A program made the position numbers and the translations under genes. Under the pieces are notes generated by a model, which made no database searches, was not told the DNA's origin, and worked only from the letters and a program-made list of their open reading frames with translations. From an uncultured Actinomycetes bacterium (GTDB lineage Bacteria; Actinomycetota; Thermoleophilia; Gaiellales; JAICJC01), in NCBI GenBank assembly GCA_963706075.1, contig CAVPLP010000001.1:912392-976391 (forward strand): a DNA stretch of 64,000 nucleotides, given 5' to 3'. This document shows positions 55,702 to 64,000 of the stretch, in pieces. Position 1 is the stretch's first letter. The number at the start of each line of letters is the position of its first letter.

Positions 55702-55810
55702 AGCGGACGAGGATCCCGATCACCAGCGTGCCGGCGAAGAGCGTCACCGCGACCAGCGCCAGCTTGAGCGCGAGCGTGATGTTCTTGGTGGCGGTGTCGC
55801 GGTCGAGCAC
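55694..55810 (-). CDS. Candidate 38-aa single-TM peptide (VLDRDTATKNITLALKLALVAVTLFAGTLVIGILVRYG)
   Basis: Below the ORF-track cutoff. GTG 55810 lies 9 nt after the ctaAB stop. Its stop overlaps the next ATG (ATGGCTGA, 8-nt overlap). High GC3. Confidence 0.3.
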   Translation of the reverse strand: MLDRDTATKNITLALKLALVAVTLFAGTLVIGILVRYG

Positions 55811-55819
55811 GGTGGGAGT

Positions 55820-57604
55820 TTACGTCAGCCTTGCGCGGTCGAGCCCGATGATGAAGAAGAGCAGGGCGAGGTAGGCGAGCGAGTACAGGAAGAGTCGCCG
55901 GGCGGCGGGCGGCGACGTGTCGCGGACGAGCCGCACGGCGAGCACGAGGAACTCCGCGCCGAGGATCACCGCGCCCGTCAGGTACACCCACCCGAACGTG
56001 CGGTCGGCGAACGGGAGGAGCGAGATCCCGACGAGCAGCAGGGTGTAGAGCAGGATCTGGCGGGCCGTCTCGCGCTCGCCGCGCACGACGGGGAGCATCG
56101 GGACGCCCGCGTTCGCGTACTCGCGCTTCGTGAGGATCGCGAGCGCCCAGAAGTGCGGCGGCGTCCACAGGAAGATGATCAGGAACATGAACGCGGCGGG
56201 CAGTCCCACGTGGCCGGTCACCGCGGCCCAGCCGACCAGCGGCGGCACGGCGCCCGCGGCCCCGCCGATCACGATGTTGAGCGGTGTCCGCCGCTTGAGC
56301 CAGTAGGTGTAGACGACCACGTATGTGAACGCGCCCGACAGCGCGAGCGCCGCTGCGACGAGGTTGACGTTGACCGCGAGCACGGCCATCGACGCGATGA
56401 TGAGGCCCGCGCCGAAGCCGAGCGCGGCCTCCGGGGCGACCCGGCCGCTCGGGAGCGGCCGCCCGGCGGTACGCGTCATCCGGGCGTCGATGTCGCGATC
56501 GAGGTAGTGGTTGATCGCGCTCGCGCCGCCCGACGAGAGGCCCAGCCCGAGCAGCGTCCAGGCGACGAGGCCGGCGCGGGGCAGGCCGTCGGCCGCAAAC
56601 GCCATCGCCCCGAAGGCCGTGATCAGGATGAGCAGCATGATCCGCGGCTTCATGAGCGTCATGTAGTCGGCGATCGACGTGCGCCACCGGCTGCGATCCG
56701 CGGCGTCGCTCGACCGTGCGAGCTCGGGAGCCGGGAGCGTCCGCGCCATCCAGAGGAGCGTAGCGACCGAGAGCCACGTGAGCGAGGCGAGCGACGAGTG
56801 CAGCACCTCGAGGGCGTCGTTCTCGCCGGCCTCGACGACGGCCACTCCGATCGCCGCCTGTGCCAGGAAGAGGCTCGCCATGCCGCGGGCCGCCGCCTCG
56901 AGCTGCCACACGCCGGGCCGCAGCCGGCCGGTCTGCCGCCACGTCCAGAGCGCGAGGATCAGCGCCACGCCGGCCCAGATCCGGTGGGTCATGTGGATCA
57001 CGACGTGATGGTCGATCGACGGCGCGACCGACCCTTTGCACAGCGGGAAGCTCTTCCCGCACGACTCGTGGGAGTCGGTGGTCGCCACCGTGGCGCCGAC
57101 CAGGAGGAGCCCGAACGTGATCCCCGCGAGCCAGGTGACGAGCCGGACGTAGGCGTCTCGCGGCGGAGACTCCGCCTCGGGGAACGCCAGCCGCACGACG
57201 ACCAGCAGCACGGCGGCGAGGAGCGCCGCGGCGGCGCCGTAGTGCAGGACGACCGTCCACGAGACGTTGTTCAGGAGGACCGTGACGCCGCCGAGCACGA
57301 CCTGGAGGCCGAGCAGCGCGAGCGTGATGGTCATCGCCGTCGTGATCCGCCGCTCGCCCCGCCGGAGGCGGTAGACGAGCGCCGCGAGGACGACCAGCGC
57401 GACCGAGAGCACGGTGACGATCCAGCGGTGCACCTGTTCGATCAGCGCGTGGTGCCCGCCGGCGACGAGCTGGCCGTGGCACGCGGGCCAGTCAGGGCAG
57501 CCGAGGCCGGAGTCCGACACGCGGACGTACGCCCCGACCGTCATGAGCGCCCAGGCCAGCGCCGCGACCAGCGCGGCGAATGTGACCAGGCGCCCGCGCG
57601 TCAC
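55820..57604 (-). CDS. ctaA-ctaB: Fused haem A synthase (CtaA/COX15) - protohaem IX farnesyltransferase (CtaB/COX10)
   Basis: N-terminal half: GLGCPDWPAC, HR…, CGKSFPLC, HMTHRI (CtaA). C-terminal half: YMTLMKPRI, NHYLDRDIDARMTRT, WTPPHFWALA (UbiA/CtaB). GTG 57604 overlaps the ctaD2 TGA. Confidence 0.9.
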   Translation of the reverse strand: MTRGRLVTFAALVAALAWALMTVGAYVRVSDSGLGCPDWPACHGQLVAGGHHALIEQVHRWIVTVLSVALVVLAALVYRLRRGERRITTAMTITLALLGLQVVLGGVTVLLNNVSWTVVLHYGAAAALLAAVLLVVVRLAFPEAESPPRDAYVRLVTWLAGITFGLLLVGATVATTDSHESCGKSFPLCKGSVAPSIDHHVVIHMTHRIWAGVALILALWTWRQTGRLRPGVWQLEAAARGMASLFLAQAAIGVAVVEAGENDALEVLHSSLASLTWLSVATLLWMARTLPAPELARSSDAADRSRWRTSIADYMTLMKPRIMLLILITAFGAMAFAADGLPRAGLVAWTLLGLGLSSGGASAINHYLDRDIDARMTRTAGRPLPSGRVAPEAALGFGAGLIIASMAVLAVNVNLVAAALALSGAFTYVVVYTYWLKRRTPLNIVIGGAAGAVPPLVGWAAVTGHVGLPAAFMFLIIFLWTPPHFWALAILTKREYANAGVPMLPVVRGERETARQILLYTLLLVGISLLPFADRTFGWVYLTGAVILGAEFLVLAVRLVRDTSPPAARRLFLYSLAYLALLFFIIGLDRARLT

Positions 57605-59238
57605 GTGCGTGCCGCGGCGGCCGCGTCGCGGCGCAGGTCGTCGAGCGGCCGCTCGGAGCGGATCGGCGGGAGGCTGTCGAAGTTGTGCGGCGGCGGCGGC
57701 GACGACGTGTACCACTCAAGCGTGTTGCCGCCCCACGGGTCGGCCGGAGCGATGCGGCCGCCGCGCAGCGAGCGCAGGCAGTTGATGAGCACCATCAGCA
57801 CGCCGGTCGCCAGGATGAACGCCCCGAGCGTCGCGATCTGGTTGTAGATGTTCCAGTCGGGGTTGGCGTACGTGGCGATGCGGCGCGGCATCCCGGAGAG
57901 GCCCATCGCGTGCATGGGGAAGAACGTCAGGTTGAAGCCCACGAAGAGCACCCAGAAGCTGCGGATGGCGAGCGAGCGGTCGAGCATCCGGCCGGTCATC
58001 TTCGGATACCAGTAGTGCAGGCCGCCGAGCACGGCGAACACCGGGATGCTCCCCATCACGTAGTGGAAGTGGGCGACGACGAAGTAGCTGTCGGTGACGT
58101 ACAGGTCGAACGGGAAGATCGCGAGCGCGATGCCCGACAGGCCGCCGATCAGGAACACCAGGATGAACCCGGTGGCGAAGAGCATGGGCGGCTCGAACCG
58201 GATCTGGCCCATCCACATCGTCCCGATCCAGTTGAAGATCTTGACGCCCGTCGGGACGGCGATCGCCAGCGACGCCAGCATGAACCACACCTGGAGCGGC
58301 GTCGACATGCCGACGGCGAACATGTGGTGGCCCCAGACGAGGAAGCCGAGGAACGCGATCGCAACGGTTGCGTACACGAGCGCGCGGTAGCCGAAGAGCG
58401 GCTTTCGCGAGAACACCGGCACGATCTCCGAGATCATCCCGAAGCCAGGCAGGGCGACGACGTACACCTCGGGGTGCCCGAAGGCCCAGAACAGGTGCTG
58501 GTAGAGGAGCGGCCCGTAGTGGCCGGCGGCGTAGAACGTCGTTCCGTAGTTCCGGTCGAGCAGGAGCATCGTGAGCGCGCCGGAGAGCAGCGGCAGCGCG
58601 AGCAGCAGCATGAACGCGTAGACGTCGACGGTCCACACGAAGAGCGGCATCCGCGTGAGGCGCATCCCGGGAGCCCGCATGTTGTGGATCGTGCAGATGA
58701 AGTTGATGGCCCCGATCACCGAGCTGATGGTGATGATGTGGAGGCCGACGATCCAGAGGTCGATCCCGTGGCCGGCCGACTGGACGGAGAGCGGCGGGTA
58801 GGCGGTCCAGCCTGCGTCGGCGGCCCCGCCGCCCCAGACGAAGCCCAGGTACATGACGAGCCCGCCGAGGATGAGGAGCCAGAGCGACGCCGCGTTCAGC
58901 CGGGGGAAGGCCATGTCGCGGGCGCCGATCATGAGCGGCACCATGTAGTTCCCGAACGCCGCCATGACGGGCACGACGAACAGGAACACCATCGTCGTCC
59001 CGTGCATCGTGAAGATGCGGTCGTAGGCGTCGGCCGAGATGACCTGGTTGCCGGCGTGCTCGAGCTGGATCCGCATCGCGAGCGCCATCAGGCCGCCCGA
59101 CACGAAGAAGAAGAGCGTGATGATGAGGTAGAGCGCGCCGATCCGCTTGTGGTCGACGGTCGTGACCCACGACCAGAAGCCCGTGCGCGCCGGGGCGTGC
59201 CGGCCGGCGGCCGGCGAGGCGACGGCCTCGGTCACCAT
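57601..59238 (-). CDS. ctaD: Cytochrome c oxidase subunit I (second copy, canonical length)
   Basis: 545 aa. TVDHKRIGALYL, GHPEVYV, WGHHMF, PPPPHNF. Confidence 0.95.
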   Translation of the reverse strand: MVTEAVASPAAGRHAPARTGFWSWVTTVDHKRIGALYLIITLFFFVSGGLMALAMRIQLEHAGNQVISADAYDRIFTMHGTTMVFLFVVPVMAAFGNYMVPLMIGARDMAFPRLNAASLWLLILGGLVMYLGFVWGGGAADAGWTAYPPLSVQSAGHGIDLWIVGLHIITISSVIGAINFICTIHNMRAPGMRLTRMPLFVWTVDVYAFMLLLALPLLSGALTMLLLDRNYGTTFYAAGHYGPLLYQHLFWAFGHPEVYVVALPGFGMISEIVPVFSRKPLFGYRALVYATVAIAFLGFLVWGHHMFAVGMSTPLQVWFMLASLAIAVPTGVKIFNWIGTMWMGQIRFEPPMLFATGFILVFLIGGLSGIALAIFPFDLYVTDSYFVVAHFHYVMGSIPVFAVLGGLHYWYPKMTGRMLDRSLAIRSFWVLFVGFNLTFFPMHAMGLSGMPRRIATYANPDWNIYNQIATLGAFILATGVLMVLINCLRSLRGGRIAPADPWGGNTLEWYTSSPPPPHNFDSLPPIRSERPLDDLRRDAAAAART

Positions 59239-59245
59239 TCGCGCC

Positions 59246-59983
59246 TCACTTGAGCCCTCCCGCGTATGACTGCCATTCGGCGGCCGAGACCACCTTCACG
59301 GTGATGAACATCGTCGCGTGGCCGACGCCGCAGAACTCGGCGCACTGGCCGTGGTACACCCCCGTCTCGTTGGCCTGGAACCACGTCGTCGTCACCTGGC
59401 CGGGGATCGCGTCGACCTTCGGGCCGAGCGAGGCCACCCACCAGTCGTGGACGACATCCTTGGAGCGGACGACGACCTTCACCGGCGTGTCCTCGGGGAC
59501 GACCAGCGTCGCCGGCGTCGAGGGCGCCTTCCCCTCGGCGGCGCCCGAGTTGGGGCCGTACCTGTACGAGAACGAGAACTGCTGGGCCGTGACGTTGACG
59601 ATCATCGAGTCGGACGGGGCGTCCTTCACGTCGGGCAGCTTGTGGAACGTGTACCCGGCGAGGCCGATCAGGATCAGCACCGGCACGATCGTCCAGCCCC
59701 ACTCGAGCCTGCTCGAGCCGTGCACCTGAGGTGGGTCGATCGGGCGGCCCGGGCGCGCCCGGAAGCGGATCGCCGAGTAGACGAGCCAGCCGCCGACGAG
59801 GATGAAGATGACCATCGTCGTCCCGATGATGGCCCGGTAGAGGTTGTCGATCGCATGCGACGCGGGCCCGGCGGGCTGCTCCGGGGTCGCCGTGTCGGCG
59901 AGCGCCGCCGGTGCCAGCAAAAGGGGTGCTGCGAGGGCCGTGACAAGAGCAACGAGCGTGCGCAGTCGGTGGGCGACGGTCAC
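59246..59983 (-). CDS. ctaC: Cytochrome c oxidase subunit II (second copy, no cytochrome c domain)
   Basis: Signal/TM. VVHDWWV, CAEFCGVGHATM CuA site. Confidence 0.9.
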   Translation of the reverse strand: MTVAHRLRTLVALVTALAAPLLLAPAALADTATPEQPAGPASHAIDNLYRAIIGTTMVIFILVGGWLVYSAIRFRARPGRPIDPPQVHGSSRLEWGWTIVPVLILIGLAGYTFHKLPDVKDAPSDSMIVNVTAQQFSFSYRYGPNSGAAEGKAPSTPATLVVPEDTPVKVVVRSKDVVHDWWVASLGPKVDAIPGQVTTTWFQANETGVYHGQCAEFCGVGHATMFITVKVVSAAEWQSYAGGLK

Positions 59984-59995
59984 GGCCGGGGGATT

Positions 59996-60979
59996 CTACT
60001 GCGAGTCGCCGCGGTCGTCGGGCTGGCCCGTCTTCGGCTCCTTCGAGCCGCCGGGCGGCGTCGGGGCGGCGCCCTCTGCGAACGCCGCGCCGAGCCCCAC
60101 CGCGGCGCCCATCGCCTGCGCGGCGCCCGCCGGCAGGAGCAGGAGCTTGTTGGCGTCGCCTGCGGCAACCAGCGGCAGCGTCTCGAGGTACTTGTACCCG
60201 AGCATCGCACTGGCGTCGATGCCCGACTCGGCAACGGCGTTGAAGATCTGGTGGAGCGCCTCGGCCTCGCCCTCGGCCCGAAGCGCCCGGGCCTGCTTGT
60301 CACCCTGAGCGCGGAGCACGTTCGCCTGCTGGTCGGCCTCGGCGTTCAGGATCGCCGCCTGCCGCTGGCCCTCCGCGCGCAGGATCGCCGACTGCTTCTC
60401 GCCCTCGGCCTGGAGCACGGCCGCCCGCTTGGCCCGGTCGGCGCGCATCTGCTGCTCCATCGCCTCCTGGATCGTCCGCGGCGGGTCGATCGACTTCAGC
60501 TCGACGCGTGTCACTCGGACGCCCCACTTCTCGGTCGCCTCGTCGAGCACCGACCGCAGCTGGGAGTTGATCGAGTCGCGGCTCGTGAGCGTCTGCTCGA
60601 GCGTCATCGCCCCGACGACGTTTCGGAGCGTCGTGATCGTGAGCTGCTCCATCGCCTGGAGCACGTTGGCAACCTCGTACCTGGCCTTCACCGCGTCGGT
60701 CACCTGGTAGTAGACGACGGTGTCGATGCCGATCGTCACGTTGTCCTCGGTGATGACGGGCTGCGGGGCGAACGCCTGCACGGTCTCCTTCATGTCGACC
60801 ACCATGGCGACCCGGTCGAGCATCGGGACGAGCAGGTGGACGCCTGGGCCGATCGTCCGCTGATAGCGGCCGACCCGCTGCACGATGCCGACGTAGCTCT
60901 GCTGGATCACCCGGACGGCCGACGCCACCAGGACGAGCACCAGGATCACCAGCGCGCCGAGTGCGATCAACTCACCCAT
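59996..60979 (-). CDS. SPFH/band-7 (stomatin-like) protein
   Basis: N-terminal TM, PHB domain (VITEDNVTIGIDTVVYYQV), and a coiled coil rich in AE/Q repeats. Confidence 0.9.
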   Translation of the reverse strand: MGELIALGALVILVLVLVASAVRVIQQSYVGIVQRVGRYQRTIGPGVHLLVPMLDRVAMVVDMKETVQAFAPQPVITEDNVTIGIDTVVYYQVTDAVKARYEVANVLQAMEQLTITTLRNVVGAMTLEQTLTSRDSINSQLRSVLDEATEKWGVRVTRVELKSIDPPRTIQEAMEQQMRADRAKRAAVLQAEGEKQSAILRAEGQRQAAILNAEADQQANVLRAQGDKQARALRAEGEAEALHQIFNAVAESGIDASAMLGYKYLETLPLVAAGDANKLLLLPAGAAQAMGAAVGLGAAFAEGAAPTPPGGSKEPKTGQPDDRGDSQ

Positions 60980-61448
60980 CTGAGGCCTCTTTCGTCTCGT
61001 CGATTTGATGCGGGGAGGGTGCGGCGATGACGAGGGCCGTGACGCCCTCGACCTTCACAACCTCGACGCGCGAGCCGACGGGGAGCGACTCGCCGTCGTA
61101 GAAGCTGCGGGCGGTCCACGTCTCACCGCCGACCTTGACCTGCCCGGGCTCGAGCTCGGCGATCGGCACCGTGACGACGCCGATCTTGCCCTGCATGGCG
61201 TCCACGCCGGTTCGCAGGCCGGATCCCCGCGTCATCGATCGCCGGAGCGCCGGGCGCGTCAGCACGAGCGCCCCGACGGCGAGGACGCCGAACGCGATGA
61301 GCTGCACCGCCACGGCGAGGCCGAGCAGCGCGAGCACCCCGGCGAGGAGCGCCGCGACGCCGAAGTAGCCCGGGACCAACGCCGTCGTCGTCGCCTCTGC
61401 CACGAGCAGCACGACCCCCACGACCACCCATACGACCCACGGGTCCAT
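60972..61448 (-). CDS. NfeD-family membrane protein
   Basis: TM segments plus a C-terminal OB-fold (GQVKVGGETWTARS). 8-nt overlap with the SPFH gene, the classic nfeD-SPFH pair. Confidence 0.85.
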   Translation of the reverse strand: MDPWVVWVVVGVVLLVAEATTTALVPGYFGVAALLAGVLALLGLAVAVQLIAFGVLAVGALVLTRPALRRSMTRGSGLRTGVDAMQGKIGVVTVPIAELEPGQVKVGGETWTARSFYDGESLPVGSRVEVVKVEGVTALVIAAPSPHQIDETKEASDG

Positions 61449-61475
61449 GTGGAGATGAGATTACAGCGCCGCGAG

Positions 61476-61506
61476 TGCAACATTGGGGTCTGACCCCGTT
61501 GTTGCA
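61476..61506. repeat. REP-like palindrome, copy 4 (tgcaacattggggtc-t-gaccccgttgttgca)
   Basis: 31-nt palindrome with 2 mismatches, in the 71-nt divergent spacer between nfeD and rnd. Confidence 0.85.
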
Positions 61507-61519
61507 TACTGTCAGGCCT

Positions 61520-62675
61520 ATGCAGATCGAGCAGGTCACGAGCGCCGAGGCACTGGGGCCGCTGCTCGATGCCGCCCGCGCCGAGGGCCGGTGTGCCATC
61601 GACACCGAGTTCGTGTGGGAGCGGACCTACGCCCCGGGGCTGTGCCTCGTCCAGATCGCGACCGCCGAGCGGCTGGCCGTGGTCGACCCGGTCGAGGGGG
61701 CGCCGCTCGAGCCCGTCGCCGAGCTGATGGCCGACCCGGCCGTCGAGAAGGTCATGCACGCGCCGTCGGGCGACCTGGCGGCGTTCGTCCTGCACCACGA
61801 CGTGCGCCCGCAGCACGTCTACGACACGCAGCTCGCAGCCGGGTTTGCGGGCTACGGCGGCACGCTGTCGCTCGAACGGCTGCTCGAGGCAGCGGTCCGG
61901 GTCCGCCTGCGGCACGACGAGGGCTTCACCGACTGGCAGCGGCGGCCGCTGACCCCGACCCAGGTCGAGTACGCCGCCGACGACGTCCGCTATCTCCTTG
62001 GCGCCGCCGACGCGCTCCGCAAGCGGCTCGGCTCCCAGGGCCGCGAGGCGTGGGTCGACCGAGGAGCTCGAGGCGCGGTACGGCCCCGATGCCGCCCTGG
62101 TCCAGGATCCCGAGACCGCGTGGCGCCGCGTCGCCGGGCGCGGGAAGGTCAGGAGCGAGGGCCTGGCCGCCCTTCGCGCGGCGGCCGCGTGGCGCGAGCG
62201 CGAGGCTCGCAGGCGCGACCTGCCGGCCGCGTGGCTTGTGAAGGACGCGACGCTGGTCGAGCTCGCCCGCCGCCGTCCGGCGACGCCGAAGGATGCCGAG
62301 AACGTGCGCGGGCTCCAGATCCGCCGCGGCCGTCAGCTCGACGAGCTGCTCGCCACCCTCGCCGATCCCGGGCCGCCGCCGGAGGCCGACGCCGAGCTGC
62401 CCGGCGATGTGCGCCGCCGGATCCGCGTGGTGCTGCCGCTCGCCTCGGCCGTGCTCCAGGCCCGGTGTGCGGCGGCCGGCGTGGCGTCGGAGCTCGTCGC
62501 GACCCGGGCCGACCTCGAGTCGTTCATCGCGGGCCAGGCGGTCGACTCCGACCGCGCGCACCCGCTGCTCACCGGCTGGCGCCGCGAGCTTGCGGGCGAG
62601 TCGCTCCTGCGGCTCCTGCGGGGCGAGATCTCGCTGCGGGTCCTGCCGGGGCCGCCGCACGTCGCCGAATCGTGA
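61520..62675 (+). pseudogene. rnd: Ribonuclease D (DEDD 3'-5' exonuclease + HRDC), one apparent +1-nt frame disruption
   Basis: AIDTEF…, KVMHAPSGDL and YAADDV in ORF 61475... The HRDC part is in ORF 61998..62675. The junction is gtc gac [c] gag gag near 62060. Length is 3n+1. Confidence 0.8.
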
Positions 62676-63829
62676 CGCGACCCGGCGTCGCGCTCTTCCT
62701 GGGCGCGTCGGCGATGTTCGCGAACATGTACTCGACGCAGGCGATCCTGCCCGACATCGAGAGCGGCCTCGGCGTGTCCGCGGCCGCGGCCGGGCTCACG
62801 ATCACCGTGGTCGTCCTGGCGGTGGCGCTCGGCGGGTGGGTGGCCGGGCCGCTCTCGGACCGGCTCGGGCGGGCCCGGGTGATGGCCGCGGCCGCGGTGC
62901 TGATCTGCATCCCGACCGCGGTCGCCGGCCTGGCGCCGAACCTGCCGGCCCTGCTCGCGATCCGCGCCTGCCAGGGGTTCCTCATGCCGGGCCTCCTGAC
63001 CGTCGCGGTGCCCTACGTGACCGAGCGGTTCCGCGGGCCGGCCGCCGGGGCGGCGATGGGCGCGTACACCGCCTCGCTCGTCTTCGGCGGACTCGTCGGC
63101 CGGGTCGGGACGGCGATCGTCGCCGACCTCTCGAGCTGGCGGGTCGCCCTCGAGGCGCTGGCGATCCCGACGGTCGCCGGGGCCTTCGCGATGTACTTCT
63201 GGCTGCCACGGGACCAGCCCAGGCACGTCGACCGCGACCTGCGGGCGGTCGTCGCCGAGCACGTCCGGAACCTCCCGCTGATCCTGAACGCGGTCGCCGC
63301 CGGCGCGACGTTCTTCGCGTTCGTCGGCATCTTCACGTTCGCCACCCACCGCCTGACCGGGCCGCCGTTCGATCTGAGCCTCGGCGCCGCCGGGCTTGTC
63401 TACGCGGTCTGGGTGGTCGGCGCCGTCGTGCCGCTCGTCGGGCACGCGGCCGCGCGAGTCGGCCCGCAGCGGCTCCTGCCGTTCCTCCTGGCCGCGGCGG
63501 GAGCCGGGGCCGCGCTCACCCTGGTCGACAACCTCGCCGCGGTGATTGCCGGCCTCGCCCTCCTCGCCGCGGCCATGTTCTCGACGGTGACCACGTGCCA
63601 GCTCCTGATTCCCCGGCTCGTGAGCCACCACCGCGGCACCGCCACGAGCCTGCACCAGACGATCTACTACGTCCTGGGCGGCGCGGGGGCCTACCTGCCG
63701 GGGCTCTGGCTCGCCGATGGCTGGCACGCGGTGGTCGCCGCCTGCTGTGTCGCGGTGGCGATCGGCGCCGCGGCCTCCCTCGGCCTCTTGCTCAGGACAT
63801 CGGATACGCTCGCCCGCCATGTTCGCTGA
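62672..63829 (+). CDS. MFS transporter
   Basis: GTGA overlap with rnd. About 12 TM. GPLSDRLGRARVM loop. Confidence 0.8.
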   Translation: MTRPGVALFLGASAMFANMYSTQAILPDIESGLGVSAAAAGLTITVVVLAVALGGWVAGPLSDRLGRARVMAAAAVLICIPTAVAGLAPNLPALLAIRACQGFLMPGLLTVAVPYVTERFRGPAAGAAMGAYTASLVFGGLVGRVGTAIVADLSSWRVALEALAIPTVAGAFAMYFWLPRDQPRHVDRDLRAVVAEHVRNLPLILNAVAAGATFFAFVGIFTFATHRLTGPPFDLSLGAAGLVYAVWVVGAVVPLVGHAAARVGPQRLLPFLLAAAGAGAALTLVDNLAAVIAGLALLAAAMFSTVTTCQLLIPRLVSHHRGTATSLHQTIYYVLGGAGAYLPGLWLADGWHAVVAACCVAVAIGAAASLGLLLRTSDTLARHVR

Positions 63830-64000
63830 CGCCGGCATCTCGGCCGTGCTCTCGGGCGAGGCGCTCGACGCCGTCCACGAGCACGCCATGACGATCCTCG
63901 AGGAGATCGGCACCGACGTGCGCCATGAGGGCGCCCTGGCGCTGCTGGCGGGCCTGGGGCAGGACATCGACGGCGAGCGCGTCCGCTGGGATCGCGAGTT
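63819..64000 (+). CDS. MttB-superfamily (trimethylamine methyltransferase-like) protein, 5' partial
   Basis: ATG 63819 overlaps the MFS 3' end. The N-terminus LSGEALDAVHEHAMTILEEIGTDV…ALALLAGLG…DGERVRW matches the MttB-family N-terminus. Runs off the window. Confidence 0.6.
   Translation, partial: MFADAGISAVLSGEALDAVHEHAMTILEEIGTDVRHEGALALLAGLGQDIDGERVRWDRE

Overview
This is a high-GC (~70%) actinobacterial-type chromosomal segment. It is densely coding, GTG starts are common, and neighbouring genes very often overlap by 4 nt (GTGA/ATGA). The taxon guess (Thermoleophilia/Rubrobacteria-like) is inference only.

Gene content, left to right:
- A long minus-strand block: YciI-like protein, orphan alpha-class N6-adenine DNA methyltransferase, two small coupled ORFs, a class III cyclase-REC-LuxR hybrid regulator, MmpL, a giant PAS/GAF HisKA_3 kinase with a REC-only partner, a TPR protein, an amidohydrolase, and tatC/tatA.
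- An atypically organised suf operon: sufC-sufB-sufD, three tandem small-membrane-protein paralogs, sufS, a Nudix-like gene, sufU, a Rieske gene and a DtxR-family regulator.
- A TolB-like propeller gene preceded by a structured leader with an intrinsic terminator, then LysE, an SDR, dcd, a class III aminotransferase, a CAP-domain protein and an MFS transporter.
- The conserved cell-wall/signalling operon STPK-fhaA-fhaB-pstP-rodA-pbpA-pknB-ddl.
- DUF4446, GNAT, DUF47-PiT, a 3xGAF-HD-GYP protein and an ABC-F ATPase.
- A lutABC-OCD-MFS operon.
- Two convergent haem-copper oxidase loci. One has a ctaD extended at both ends, with a USP-like C-terminal domain. The other carries a fused ctaA-ctaB.
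- SPFH/NfeD, rnd, an MFS transporter and a partial MttB-like gene.

No rRNA, tRNA, CRISPR array or mobile element was seen.

Most notable observations:
- A tandem triplicated family of 2-TM 'MHAVDY' proteins sits inside the suf operon.
- A dispersed ~30-nt REP-like palindrome family has four copies in the window.
- A ~240-nt structured leader upstream of the TolB-like gene contains a perfect SD, a rare-codon mini-ORF and a terminator.
- Several unusual domain fusions occur: cyclase-REC-LuxR, COX1-USP-like and CtaA-CtaB.
- Six single-site frame disruptions lie in otherwise conserved genes. Five are one extra C/G, which most likely reflects assembly indels rather than biology.
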